Positions 11,071 to 24,400 are shown, counted from the first letter of the stretch. The stretch is DNA of 64,000 bases from Neoechinorhynchus agilis (GCA_051530055.1 CM121343.1:4806389-4870388); one strand, 5' to 3'. The notes: a model not told the origin generated them from the letters alone. Numbers and translations are program-made.

Positions 11071-14000
11071 CTATGAAAAATGAACAGAACTGAAGATTAA
11101 TTGGTCAATAAAAAAATGAACCCCGTATACGAAGTCGATCGACGCACACAAAAAGGATTCAATATTTTTATCCGAAACCAAGAGTGAAAAACCCGAGACT
11201 TGAAAGTTTAGACAGAGAAGAGCGACTGGAAATTGTCCCGTTATACCCAGGGAACTTTTCGAGATCAAGTGCACATAAAGCTTAAATCTCGGTATTCACT
11301 GTTATGCTTTCATGAGCGTGCATTTTGTTTCGGGAAACGTCCACCGCCATTATTAAGGAACAAGAACCTTATAGCACATAGAACTGGCAGCTTATCGGTG
11401 TAATCAGATAGCCTGAAAATATTCCGCCCAGCGAGTAAGCCGCTACTTTCGGAATTCGATCGTTTCCAGCGCAGCACCGCGTTTATCATTTTGAGGTGAG
11501 TTACGAAAGGGCGTTTAATGGCGAATTCTGGAGATCAGTTCCGGTATCTCGAATACGTTTGCGCACGGTTGTTAGTGGATCGGGTACGGTTCCATCCCAC
11601 GTGAGAGACACACAAGAAGACTTCACACAAGTGGAGACGTCACCGTGCCAAAAGCGTCTGAGATCATTGAGCTCGACAGTAATGGTGGCGTAATGTGTTG
11701 TTGGTAGAAGAGGCGCAACGCATACCCGCAGCAGCCGTTGGGATCTCACAAGTTCCGATCACACTGGCGGTGTCTAGTAGACACATACCCTCTTAGCCAC
11801 CCGACGGTTTCCCGAATTGGATCTGTACGAATGGTGAAAAAGTTCGATTTTGCTGGTGGTTGCGACGACTTTTCAGTAGAGCGATTCCCCGCTCCTCTAG
11901 GACGAACCAATGACATTGTGTATCTAAAAGTGTTCATGTGTGTGTACTGATCCGGGGTAGGGCAATAAGGCGAACTTGTTAAGCTTGACCAGACAAACAC
12001 ATCGTTCGGAATAGTCAAAATTTACATTTTATGCCTCCTTAAGGGATTGAAACTCCTTTCCAATGATGTGACTCACTATTCTCTAAATGCTCGCCTACCA
12101 CAAAAACGCAACGGAGTATATTTGTAGTTGCGCATTTGTAGTTGCGCACGCACACTTTATGTGAATACCTTCTGAACGTTTTAATGTCGCGCTTGAAATG
12201 ACTTTAGAAATTTTGGTCTCTGAGCAACAGGGAAGACGAAAAGTACAACTAGCAATAATGGTGCTTTTGCCGTTCACGTTAAAGCAACAAAAGTGTCATC
12301 AGCAACAATCCTGAGTTCTTGGTGAAGAGTGACATTCCAATGAAGAGATCGATTTTATGACTGAGATTCAAAGGTGCAAAAGGCCTACGAAATCACGACA
12401 AAAAATTGGGCTTTTCAGCAAAATTCTCGATTTCAAAATTAAGTTAGCGTTTGCTTAAGAGCTTTTAATGATATAAAGTATAGAGCTTGGCTTTGAAAAC
12501 TAATAGGACATTTAACAATTAAATGAAAAACAAAAAGGTGGAATACTAAAGCCTATTTTGTTTGATAGATTGCATTTTATGTGCGTTAACTACCATGAAT
12601 CCGCTATCTTTCAGACACCTTTTTAACGGTAAGGTCAAAACAAAGTTAAATGATGCTTAAACTCAGTTGTGAAAATCTATATATTAGAAGTGATGGTTCA
12701 TAAGCGTGCTCTACTAATATAAGCTCCGTTGGAAGCCAACGAGGATGTCTCTATTTTTGATCGAAAAGACAACATAAAATCAGTTTGATTATCCGGTTGC
12801 TTTTAACTGTGTTTCCTATTTTGTTAACTTGTCTTTGAAACACAAGTATTATTTAGAGAATGGTTTCAACGAAACGATATTTCAAGTGTTTTAACCTATG
12901 TTTAGTTTTACCTCCACATTGTTAATCTCCAAGGTAAGTATTCACTTTCATTCAGGGCTGGGAAGATTGTTCCATTGCTAAAGGACTTGAGCAATTGAGA
13001 TTTAAGATCGTACACCTTTTCCGACACCACCGAATGGTCTTTGGGATAATCGAAACTCGGACTTTCTAAGCAACTTGGCTTCCTAACCCTCCAGCAATAG
13101 AGGCACATTTCCAGCTCCAAATGAAAGTGAATACTCTTCCCTGGGGATTAATAGTGGAAGTAAAAGAAAGGGTTTTTCAGTGCTCTCTGAGGTATGCATG
13201 CCCCGTTGTGCGCCATAAAAGTCAAGGATCCTCAGGAATTTTGGATAATAATATACCTTTGAAACCTTTTGTCTTTAAACGCATTCCGAGAATGCGAAGG
13301 AAATACTCGCTATATTTACATATTTAGCATTTTAAATGCTATAAAAGCATACGATACAATGTGTAAATCTTAAACAGCTACTCTTCGTTCATTGAAATAA
13401 TTGAAATAATAAGAATTGGAAACTCGTTAAAAGTGAATCATAAATGAAACGAAAATTGTACACAGAGATACAATGACCTATTGTAACCATCTCAATGAGA
13501 ATATTACAACATTTTAGTTTATGCGATCAGGATATTTGTAAAATTAAAATATGATGAATCGAATTAAAAGACAATAGTAAGGACAATTTTAAATCGATTA
13601 AACTTTTTGCTTTGAAACAAAAAATTTTGAACACTCATTCGGATATAAACAACCAAAATAATATTGAAACGTGTATATTATTTAGAATACCGTCGATCTA
13701 AAGAAACCCCAAATAGACAGGCTCTAAAGATTTATTCAACTTAAAAAGATTAATACCACGATTTATATCTTTGAGAATTTATACTTCCTTGTTTTTTCCG
13801 ATATATGACGAAAGGATAAAATGACATATCTTGAGATCTAAGTGATCTCGAAACCCCTAGAAGTATCATTCCCACAGCAGGAATCCTATTGTATTCAGTT
13901 GAATGCTCTCAATTTATTTGTGTTGATCAGATTGGTTTTAAAACCGCTAAACTCTGCGAAAAACGTTAATTTAATAGCAAAATAGCGCGAAATCTCTTAT

Positions 14001-15219
14001 TACCTCACGAATGCCCAGAATAATTTCAACAATCGACTAGGGAAAAGAAAGAGATCCGAGTGATATGGTTACAGAAAATGATTACGTTGTAGGTAAATGA
14101 AAGCGATACATTCGGATGATATACACAACAGATTTTCCCAACTGCAACGATCCACCAGATTATAAAACTGGCAATAAATCGAAAAGGGGATAAAGAAGAG
14201 ATCCGTTTCATATCGCTAGTTCAAGAAAAGCGATAAACGCATGCAATATTGACAACAGATTTTCCCAATTTTTTCTTAGAAACGACATGCCACCATTGAG
14301 AAGAATTCGGAAGGAGCGATCTAATCCTCCCTCTGTCCTTGTTCAGTTGGAAACGAACCCTACATGGACAGCATAAAGCAGACCAGAATTTAACAGCTGA
14401 AGAATTGCCCTGTTTGTTTCACATATTAAGCTTCTCCCGTAAAGGGAAAGAGTACTCTGGGTTTCGTAGAAGCGATTAACTTGCTTGACCGTAGTGAGGA
14501 AGTCGGTGCTGGAGGATATTAAAAAATTAGTGATCTTTCCTAGCATAACGCTCCCATTACTGGTGAAAAAGAATTTTAAAACAGTGTTAAAGAGGTGGAT
14601 GTTTAGAAAACCGAGTTTAAATTTCTTACAAAGTAGGATATTCTTATCTAAGCTCCATATGATACAATCGTGACCGGCTCTTCGAAAAAGGGAACTGAGA
14701 AACGGGCCTTTATAACTGCTCGCAGCCATTTCTGAGGTGGATTATTAAAATCTCCGAAGATGAAATCTATCTCGCAATTTAAAATATTTTTTAAGCAAGC
14801 CTTGGACTCCGATAAATGAATTTTATTGAGTCTGATGTAGATATTACACGCTAAAAAGACATTCTCATCAAGGGTGATAGAAAAAATCGCAAAGACATGT
14901 TTGTGGATACAAATTCAGAGATAGGTTTAGGTAGGAAATATGGCCGAGACAGCGTTAAGAGGCCTAGTGAGCTGGCGAAAAAAGGAGGGTCATAAAAACT
15001 ACTGAGGTTACTTGGAAGATCGGTCAGCTAGTAGATGGACTTGGTTTCTTGTATAAAAAACATGCTATACTTTCCTAGCTCTGGCTTTAGATGTAGAATG
15101 CCCAACGACCGCCCTCCTGCATTCCATTGCACTAACCTGAGGCTCATCGCGCTCTGCCCTTACGATTAGAAAACAACTTGTGCGGCTTTGATATTTGTCA
15201 TGATTGAAACCAAATTGTT

Positions 15220-15840
15220 TTATTCGCTCAAAAACGCGCCCCCTGCACCTGCAACACACACCCTGTTCGTTGTAAAGGGTTTCGATGGCACTCGCGAACT
15301 TCCTCTTGGTCGGAAAACCATATCCTCCTTCTGATCCGTCAGTTCATCTTCATTATATTCTACCTTCTGATCGAGGGGTTCATTCTGCTCACTAACTTCA
15401 TCCGCCCGTCTATCTTCTTCCTTTTCTTCTCGCTGTTCCACATGGGGAACCATGTCTTCCACTTCTTCTCCTGTCTCATCTTTCAGACCTACTTGAGCAG
15501 CACTTTCAATCTCCCTGTGCACTAAATGGCCAGCATGAACTTTCTTGATACCTTGGTTCGTTTCTACTTTGTAGGACAGCGGACCTTTTCGTTCGGATAC
15601 GGACGCTGGTATCCACTTCTTGTAGCGAGCATCTCGGTACCAGACTGCACTCTTGCCATTGAACTTCTCAAATTTTCTGGCCTTCTTGTCATGATTAGAT
15701 TTTTCTCTTATCCGCTTATTTCTCTCAGTTTTCCTTGGGTCCTGCTTTAAATTATCAAACAATATTGGGATTCTTCGCCCCATCATCATTTGTGAAGGTG
15801 ACTGTCCTATGAGCGCGTGCGGGGTGTTGCGATACGCCAA
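15220..15840 (-). mobile_element. Ty3/Gypsy LTR retrotransposon integrase C-terminal fragment
   Basis: AYRNTPHALIGQSPSQMMMGR (integrase YRxTPH...SP motif) followed by VWYRD...KWIP...GPLSYKV (GPY/F-type module). Abuts a SINE-like copy at 15841. Confidence 0.8.
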
Positions 15841-16045
15841 TTCACTGAGTCCCCCTTTTGGGAGGTATCTGAGAATCCGGAAGGATGTACAAATTCATAA
15901 CCCTATGACTCAGGATATTAAGTGATTTTATGCGCTTTTTGAACCAGATCGGTGGTGGGCGATGAGCCCGAGGAAAAATAAATTATCAGCCGTAACAAAG
16001 GCCACACATAGATACTGAAAAGTTACCGGTTGGCCAAACTTTAAA
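15841..16045 (+). mobile_element. 5'-truncated copy of the SINE-like, hammerhead-bearing family
   Basis: Aligns with 28478-28675: ttcactgagtccccc...gggaggtatctgagaatccggaaggatgta...aaattatcagccg...ggccacaca...gttaccggttggccaa. Confidence 0.8.
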
Positions 16046-16379
16046 AATAAAAAATGTATTAACAGCAAATGGGCTATTGTGATATTTTTTCGAAGGAGCG
16101 GAAGGTTTAGAATCCTTTTCCTTCTTACTAAAAAACATGGAAATCTCACACATGGATATCTCTCGTAAATCAACTTGCCTCATGTTAAATCCGCATCCCA
16201 ACCTAAATGACGATAACTTCAAAGAAAATTCGTAGTTGAATCCATTAAATACCTCTCAAACAATATAATGAGTGACCCATATGCTATTCTCGTATCTGGA
16301 ACCCAAAATATTTAAAATAGGTTACAATTCAGAAACTTCGGTTTCAAGGCATATTGGATTTGTAGCAGTGTCACCTCCG

Positions 16380-16640
16380 GAGCCCGTCTGGATCGTGAGC
16401 TGATCCGTTAGCAAAAGAACAGATTGCCATCTTCACTTCGGATTTCGACGATAAAAGATAAGGGATCGTATGGAAGGACGAGGATTCTTCTAAATACTGT
16501 CGACCGCCGCCACTGGGATGTTTGGAACGAAGATTTCGTAAAGTTTCTTCGTTATCCTTGGCGAGGCTGTCATTGATGATAAAAAGACGAACTGCTCCTC
16601 TGGCATCTCTGTCTTCGAGCTTCGAAGAAACGCGCCAAGC
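16380..16640 (-). mobile_element. CRE-like RT N-terminal fragment
   Basis: ccatcttcacttcggatttcgacgataaaagataagggatcgta matches 36355-36405 inside the CRE-like copy. Confidence 0.55.
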
Positions 16641-16943
16641 AAGCGACCGATTTAAGTTTCGGCGATGGTGAGCCTTCTGGGCATAGTAAAATGCGTTATT
16701 ATTCCTATGCGCTAGACTGGCTAAGAAGCATGACGTGGCAAACTTTATTTTACAACTAGGTTCAATTCCTTAACATGCGTTTGCATTATTTTGGAGTCGA
16801 TTAGCTTTAAGAAGCCATTGCTATGATTGCACTCACAATACGTTACAAAAAGTGAATTTATTAATCCCTCCACTTAGACGTATCGCACTTGGTATTTTTC
16901 AATACTAACATTTTTGTTTTGGCTGGTTGCATTGGTCAAAATA

Positions 16944-17903
16944 TCAAACGTATTTTAAATCATTACAGTCCACCTTTGAATCTCTAGACGACTCTGTCGT
17001 TTGTTTGCATTGCGGTTGCTTTTCGGCCTTTTTTCGTGTATCTTTGTTATAGATATCGTTGCTATATGGTCTATTTAGCGCACTATTGCATCGAATTTCG
17101 CTAACGTCGCGACTATTAGTCCTCTTGCCCTTGAACGTTTCATCAACTACAAAAATGCCATTGAACGTCATCTGCGCGGCTTCATGATTGGCACCATTTG
17201 GGCCATTGCTTGCATCTTTAACATAACTTGCTTCTCCTTTTGCGTTTGATCCTCTTTTTTCAGATACATAAATTGGAGCCGTGGAGGATTTCAGACGCAA
17301 AGGTAGTCCGCGTTCACATCTACACCCAATAGGACGCCGATCGCCATAATGCACAGACTTATTATCCGACACATTTTTTGCGACATCACTTGAGTACCTA
17401 CACGCATTGATTGTCCGTGAATGATCTACTAAACGTGGTTCACGAACTGAACTGTAAGATTTGGAAATATAACATTCTGACTTGTTGCATGGCGATATAT
17501 TATTAAAGTCTATCTTCTGGTTTTCGATAATAAGAGATTTTCTCATTTGACGTGCATGCACCAAAACGGAATCTTCTGAGCGTAGAAGGTGTTTTAAAGT
17601 TATTTCCTCGCTTGAACGCGTGATCAGTATAACATTGCATAGCTTATTCGATAAACACGGAATTCGAGATTCACTGAGATGTGATGTACATTTTATAAGT
17701 CGCTGCAACGATTGATATTTTGACATTTCACTTCTGCTAATATGATTTATAGCATGAACATGCAACTCTGAATCATCAACTATAAAACCGTCGCTCATGT
17801 CTTTACAAGAAACGTTCATCGTTCTTATGGATTGGCTCATTTTATTTGGTTTCCTTCTAAGTATCCCCTTTATCCTCAAGCTCTTTAGAAGGCTCAACTT
17901 CAT
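16944..17903 (-). CDS. Hypothetical low-complexity ORF (319 aa); possibly the last exon of the RasGAP
   Basis: 960-bp open frame, Ser/Arg/Asn-rich, same strand and ~650 bp downstream of the RasGAP. A possible acceptor ggcag lies just upstream. No domain recognised. Confidence 0.4.
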   Translation of the reverse strand: MKLSLLKSLRIKGILRRKPNKMSQSIRTMNVSCKDMSDGFIVDDSELHVHAINHISRSEMSKYQSLQRLIKCTSHLSESRIPCLSNKLCNVILITRSSEEITLKHLLRSEDSVLVHARQMRKSLIIENQKIDFNNISPCNKSECYISKSYSSVREPRLVDHSRTINACRYSSDVAKNVSDNKSVHYGDRRPIGCRCERGLPLRLKSSTAPIYVSEKRGSNAKGEASYVKDASNGPNGANHEAAQMTFNGIFVVDETFKGKRTNSRDVSEIRCNSALNRPYSNDIYNKDTRKKAEKQPQCKQTTESSRDSKVDCNDLKYV

Positions 17904-18548
17904 CTTCTTATCGCTGCCACATTTTTAAAATTTAAATCGATTTAAATATTCAGAACACTAGAATTTAAAATGCAAAATATTTTACTGGTTAACAATCGTC
18001 GGACTATATATTCATCGGAGATTTAGGTTTCAGCGCCGAAATGGATCCAACGGCGCGGTTCTGGATTTTTCTTAGATTTGTCATAAATTAAAAGAAACTT
18101 AAGAATCTCCTTAGAAAAGCAATCGTGATTTTCAAATACTAGGATGATCCATGATCTAAACTAATGTTTTTAAATGACGAAACAACCACAGACTTGCACC
18201 CATCCTCATCCAAAAAAGTATCTACCACCTCTAACAAGTACAAAATCTCTGTAAAAATTGAAACTTTCTTATGTCTAACGTGAATTTAAGGACCGGATTT
18301 ATAATAACTGAAACACAGTATTGTGAGGATAACTAAGTTGCGTAATTTAAAATCAAAATTTATAAAATCCATTCACTAAAATAGTAAACGGATTATTTCA
18401 GTGATTGCGCCATGGAAATCATTCGATGCAAAAATGAAATGTCATTTCTATAATAATATTTAACTAACAGAATTCCTGTAATTGCAAACTCTCCACGAAT
18501 ATGACTAGCGCCATGTTTTGGCTTAAGATAAAGAATTAACAAAATGTT

Positions 18549-21547
18549 TTACGCCCCTAGCGAATGCAGGCAGCATATGATATTTGAAGAATGATTCTTT
18601 GTTCCACTTGACTTTGGGAAAATTTTTGGATTGTGTCCACTTTGACCACTTACTCCTTGTCCATAATTTTCGTGGTGAGCACAACTATTCGCAATAAATG
18701 AGGATGATGAATCACTTGTTTCATCACATGACGATTTATGTTCGGTAAGATCGCGATCGGACGTCTGAGGATTGATTAGGCATTCCATAACATGGAAGCG
18801 TTTAATCTGATCTAGAATACTTCTCAAATCATCAAGTTGCCGGATCTCAAGGGTGGACTGTCGGTATGCAATGGTCGAAAGCAGAGTAGATACAAAAGAG
18901 AACTGTCGGCCGATATCAATCCAAGGTTGCCGGATATCGCCATTAGCCATTGCTTGAGCAGTGACTCCATTTGATATCGGTAAATGCTTTATTATAAGCG
19001 GTTCCGATTGAGGTGTAGGGATTGAAGATTGAAAAGTATCGTCCCGTAAACTTGGACGTTTCGTTGTAACGGATGAAAAAACTATTGGAGGCGTTTTACG
19101 TCTTTTACAATGTGGGCCGTTTGCGCCGCAAATGTCGCTATAGCAAGAAATCGAGCGAATGAACGATCGCATATTATGAAACTCGCGTTCGACAAAGACG
19201 TTCATACATTTCATAAATGGCTCCTTATTTCCGAATTTCGAGAAATTAGCCAACGTCTGCAAAGTTTTAGCAATTAGTGTAAGTTTTCTCGCATTTTTTC
19301 CGTCAGGATATTTGCAGGTAAGACCAAATAGATTGGGCGCCAACAGCGCGGGACATATAAATCTTAAAAATACACAGCTACTTATAAGATTGTCAATGAG
19401 TTGGTCATTATCGCCGTGATACTGTCTACATTTGTCACGAAGAGCAGCAAATAAAAATTTCAGGTTATGCGGGAACAAATGATACGACGTACGGATAGTT
19501 TTCCATATAATGTCACAAACACCAATCAGTCGCTGCCGATTAGCCCGAAGAGTAAAAGTGTCTTCGATTCGACTAGGGTCAACCTCAAGATCGCCACTGT
19601 ATTTATCTTTGACTAATAATTCTGTCAGTGAGTGTCGATGAAGTGTGAGATGAACTATGATCGAAACCCCCTGCTCAAGGGTGACGTTATTAACGAGATT
19701 ATCTCTCCTAAAATCTGCCTTAGATAATCAAATCCAACCATTCGCATAAAGGCCTCGATCGATTTAGTAGCAATACTTGTTCCCCTAAAGGTCAAGGAGC
19801 TATCTTTTAAATTTGCGATTTCATCAGATATGACATCACATAAAAAGCTCATCCAAAATCCATGGTAGTAAGCTATATTTACCAGCGATGAAGCCAGATC
19901 ATCCTTATTTTTGAGCGATATAGACGACTCAAGCGTACTAATCAAAAGTGAATATTTGTGTTGTATATAAAGACGAAGATGGTCGTAGAAATAGATTGGT
20001 AGAATATAAAGACGTTCATATCTCACCTTTACGCGAATATTGATTGGATTCGATTGTGATTTATCGGTTACTTTTAACGCGGACTGTTCCATAATGTACC
20101 AGTCTTCTCTGTCGCAATACTCTCCACCAGGATGCCGAAAGCAACCATCACCCACGGATCCAAATCTTGATAGTTGTTCCGCATAAAGTCTTAAAGCACC
20201 AACCAATTCACGGCTGCTATGATTTCGCTTTCGATGCGTATCTGAGTACAGCTCAATCCGTATTTCTTCCCAATTGTCAACGGGATTAAACCTAAACCAA
20301 TCACCCCAGAAAAGTACATCAATGTTTTTTCTTCGTGACGTTCTGCCGAATAGAATGTTGTCTACATACAACTCACAAAAGTACCACTTCTTAAGCTTAA
20401 GATTTTTAGCCTCATATATCCAAACTTCCACACTGCTGTCTAGCCGAGGCCGCTCACTGTCAATGCTCATGGCCTGAATGGTTTGTGTCCATTTGTTACA
20501 TTCATTAGAATTTTGGCACGCACAATAGATTAGGAAGTTCGGTGATTTGAGTTGAAATAGATGATGGTCATTTTCAAGAATACTGGGATGAATTGGTCGA
20601 ACATTTACTTCCTCTGTCCGCAGATTAATAGATTTCACTATAGACGCAGGAGCACCTATTCGACACATGCCACAGTTCTGATTTATGGATTCGGAATCAC
20701 TTGTAGCAATGCTAGCATTTGAAAGGTCGTTGCTCATATTGGAATTATTGTTAAGTGGTTTTTTAAATGAATTCGGACTGTCGATGATGGATCTTGCGAT
20801 CATAATTGGCCGTTGATTGATTCCGTGGCGAACTTTGCAGTTGCTAGCAGTGGCCTTTATTCCACCTTTACCATCAACCTTGTCTTTTGGGAGTGACCGG
20901 TTTCTCGAGAACATGCTTTTAAGCTTAAAGTTATTTACCGACCTGCTTGAACCTGGTGGCAGTGTCTCGTTCTTTGTTGGGCACAATTCTGTTCTGCTCA
21001 ACGTTGGATAATTAGAGTCGTTTGAATGGATCTTGGGTTGATCGCAATGTCGCTCACAAGCACATTTGTAATTGATCACGTCTTTCACTCGATGGTGACT
21101 GTCGAAACCGTTTTTTCGCACAGAATCCTGCGCACTACTCACTCTACATAGAACGGCTGAGTAGCTTAAGGAAAAGATGCTTTGCATCTCTTCTAAATTA
21201 ACGTAGTTTATATTTAGGCCAAAGTTTCTGTCAAGTTTGTTCGACCAATAGTTCTTAAAGGACATCGATCCGCCGTCAAGTCGGTTAAGTCTCAAATTAC
21301 AAGTGTTTGAGTAATGTTGCAGAAACTGTTTTTCTGTTCCAAATATTATAAGTAGTTTGCGTTCAAAGTCAAGACATAGGACACAAGGACGGAGAGTGAA
21401 TGAATTAGACAGAACATCGTAACACAGGTACATCAGGCAACCGAACTCGACACTCGTTAACGTTTCTTGGTAGTGCCCAGATTCACATCGATTGCTTTGA
21501 AGAATATCGGTGTAGATCTGCGATTTTGTCTTTGTAGAATATGACAT
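18549..21547 (-). CDS. Ras GTPase-activating protein, SynGAP/DAB2IP/RASAL2 family (PH-C2-RasGAP); one likely intron at ~19597-19667
   Basis: PH C-terminus (VRPIHPSIL...ECNKWTQTIQ), C2 (VEVWIYEAKNLKLKKWYFCELYVDNILFGRTS...FWGDWFRF), arginine finger LTFRGTSIATK, DLEVDP and FLRFICPALLAPNLFGL. A GT..tacag intron restores the frame between the two ORFs. Confidence 0.92.
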
Positions 21548-22371
21548 ACCTTCAAAACAGTGCTCTCAATTTGCCCTTTTATGCATCTTCTAAAACTTAA
21601 ATAGTTGGAAAATTATAGGGTTAACAAAAACCAGTTGTTTTTTATTAAATTTTCAGTCTCGTTTCTACATTTTAGAAGGCATTTGTTAAATAAATAACGA
21701 CTAAACATAATAAAAGAAAGCTGATAAGCACCACGAAAATGTGATTTAGCTTTTTGGCAATGATAATATCCACTTATTGCCCTTAGGTGGAAAAAGTGAT
21801 ATAGTAAACTACTGTAACGGGAAGGAGAGGGGTGCCTACACATTCTGTCTACCCTCTCTGTCCTCCATAAGCAAGAATGCCAAAGAAAGTGAGCTTTTTG
21901 TTAAAAAATAAAACGAAATAGTGTACTCGAGTTGCTTGAACAAAACAAGTTAGTTAACTTATACAAAAGTCGAGAATGTAGCCAATATGCAAACGATGGT
22001 TTCGAAGACTCTAGAAGCACAATATATGTTGTGAGACTAAACAAACATTTTGCGAGTTTGCTCTTGTAAGTGCAGTCTTCTCTGTTGCGAAATTTTTTAA
22101 TTTTTGTTAAAACAAAATTTTGATTTCTTATTCAGCAATGAAATGCGCCAGTGCTTAGTAAGATTTAAATAAAACAAAATTGCACCCTAAGCAGATCGAT
22201 ATAAATGAGATTTGGTCGAGGTACTCAAGAGAAAATAAGAAAATCAATTTCCCAGAGGCACATCGAAGCTACCATAATATCACTTTTGTATCGCCTAAAA
22301 AACGTTGGTATTGAACATACGGCAAGTACAGAGTGTAGAGGTTTTAAGTAACGAAACGTTTTCTATTTTTT

Positions 22372-22522
22372 GAAGTCTGGTCAGCCGGTAACTTTTCAGT
22401 ATCTATTTCTGTGTGGCCTCACGTCTGATAATTTTTCTTGCTTCCCTGAACCAGATCGGTGGTGGTTGTGCGCCCAAGGAAAATTATCAGCCGTGAAAAA
22501 AGACCACACATAGATACTGAAA
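22372..22522. mobile_element. SINE-like family tail present as an inverted pair (minus copy 22372-22440 fused to plus copy 22441-22522)
   Basis: Both halves match the tails at 15920-16035 and 28575-28670 (ggaaaattatcagccg...ccacacatagatactgaa). Confidence 0.75.
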
Positions 22523-22775
22523 CGCTTTCGCTTCGAAAACTAGAAAAATCAATTCCCTGAATATATTTCAAAACAACTTACATAAAGGCACTATCGTAGC
22601 GTACAAAACAGGAGGAAAATTTGTTCGTATACTAATCAGCAATTAAAATAAATGCCATGATTTTCAAAACGCAAAAGATTCGAATTCCTGGATAACTTCA
22701 GAACAAGAAACAGAGAAGAGAGAGATTGATTTTTGAAAATTCAAGTTCCAAAATTAAACATAAAATCCATGAGTA

Positions 22776-22983
22776 TGTGAAAGTGGGGGAAAAATTATAT
22801 ATCCAAGAATCACTTTAAATGAAATATTTCGTCCAATCATGCTGGATTTCTTCAGTCAATTATTGTTCACAAGTCGTCGTAAATACTTACGAAACAATAA
22901 TTGACTGAAGAAGTCCAGCGTGATTGGACGAAATATTTCATTTAAAGTGATTCTTGGATACATAATTTTTTCCCACTTTCACA
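22776..22983. repeat. Foldback inverted repeat (208 bp)
   Basis: tgtgaaagtggg...ccaagaatcactttaaatgaaatatttcgtccaatca is mirrored by tgattggacgaaatatttcatttaaagtgattcttgg...cccactttcaca. Confidence 0.9.
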
Positions 22984-23979
22984 GTTCCAAAATTAAAATT
23001 TTTAATTTTTATATGATTGAACGCATTTAGCGGAGGGCCTAATTAAAGAAACAAGAAAAATCGATTTCCTGGGTAAATTCCAGAGCTCGCATTAAAACGT
23101 TACTCTATTTCACGCCGTAAACACTTGCAAACAACCTGAAGTCCGACGAAATTTTGGAAATTAATAAATCAATCTCTATTTTTATAATCACCAAATAACA
23201 AATTGCTGGAATGTGACAGTTGAATACACTGCGGATACCGTATTGTACTCACCCTTTCCCCCGCGCTACGTACACATCCTGCGGAAGTTGTGTGACGTGT
23301 GCGTATTCGTGTTTTTCGCGCACTTTTCCAACGAGGAAATTGAGTTGATTGAACGAAGGTGAACGCGTTTCGCGCATACTGCCATTTCAGTCATCATGCT
23401 ATCTTGTTCCGAGGGAAATGAGAAATCCGCCTGATTGTTACGATGTTGAAATTTTAACTATCTAATGTGACCAAGAAACTTCATTTTGCTTGCTGATTTC
23501 CAAAATTGGAACTATTTTTATCAGAAAGGGAATGACGGATCCCCGATGTAATGGAGGATAAAAAGATGTTTCGTCGTTCCCATCGGAACTTTGAGCGCTC
23601 GAGGTCGAAAAAAATTACGAAACAACATATTTTAGAAAAAAAAGAGGAAGTAGCAGCTATAAAACATGACACCTCAATACACACACACAAATGGAACAAA
23701 TATTCTTTTTCCTCACAGAATTTCATGAATTACTTTAAAGAAGTTATTTAAATGAGGATCCGCGGAGAAAGTTGAAGGATATTTAATAAGGGGAAATTTA
23801 TCTTGGATCTAACTATTGAGGATTAGTACGCTAAAGTCCAATGACCACACGGTTGATCGATTATTATCGAATTTCATACGACAAACCGGTCGTATCAAGC
23901 AAATGAAGCGAAAACGTAAAAAGCATTAAGAATCAATATGAACGTTTATTTAAGACCGAATTCTGCTTTTGATTATCTG

Positions 23980-24400
23980 TGAAACATTTCGTGCGGAAGA
24001 TCAATTTTTCCTTAAAAATCAGGTCTCCACTAGAATGCAAATGCGGGACAAGGTGTCCAAAAAAACGTTATAAGACTTGTCCTAGAAAAAGTGACGGATT
24101 GTGCAAAAGAATGCTACAAGCACGTTTGTCCCAGAAGGGGCGGGAAAATATTACGATCACTTTCTACAACTAATACGAATAATGCCAAGCGATGTAAAAT
24201 TAGGGTTTTATGGGAGCATTTTGTCGCAGTTTCCATCGGAGTATTGTTGTGATCAATTATTTTCACGTACTAAAGTAATTCGTTCAAGAACAACGCTTTA
24301 AGAATGCTTACTCCACCTGATCTCAAAAAATGGGTGAATTTGCCTATCCAGAATACACCGCAATCTAAAAGTATTTTTGAACAGTACGAGCACTTAATGA
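23980..24400 (+). mobile_element. hAT-type (SPIN/GTF2IRD2-like) transposase relic
   Basis: SILSQFPSEYCCDQLFSRTKVIRSRTTL resembles the hAT dimerisation motif FxSTYxCEQxFSxMKxxKSxxR. Surrounding frames are broken. Confidence 0.4.

Noticed and set aside
11496-12018. Independent gene, or MOB2 5' exons
   Set aside because: Short overlapping ORFs on both strands with no recognisable domain, and no phase-2 donor that I could confidently link to the MOB2 acceptor at 11071.
12900-12941. U1 snRNA gene (ATACTTACCT on the minus strand)
   Set aside because: Nothing beyond the first 10 nt resembles U1; it is simply a donor-consensus sequence on the plus strand.
14343-14729. Transposon or RT fragment
   Set aside because: No diagnostic motif in any frame I could read.
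19597-19680. Programmed frameshift in the RasGAP at a G5 run
   Set aside because: A canonical GT-AG intron (e.g. 19667-19597) restores the frame and fits the short GEII..EVDP spacing of homologues; no slippery heptamer lies in the correct frame.
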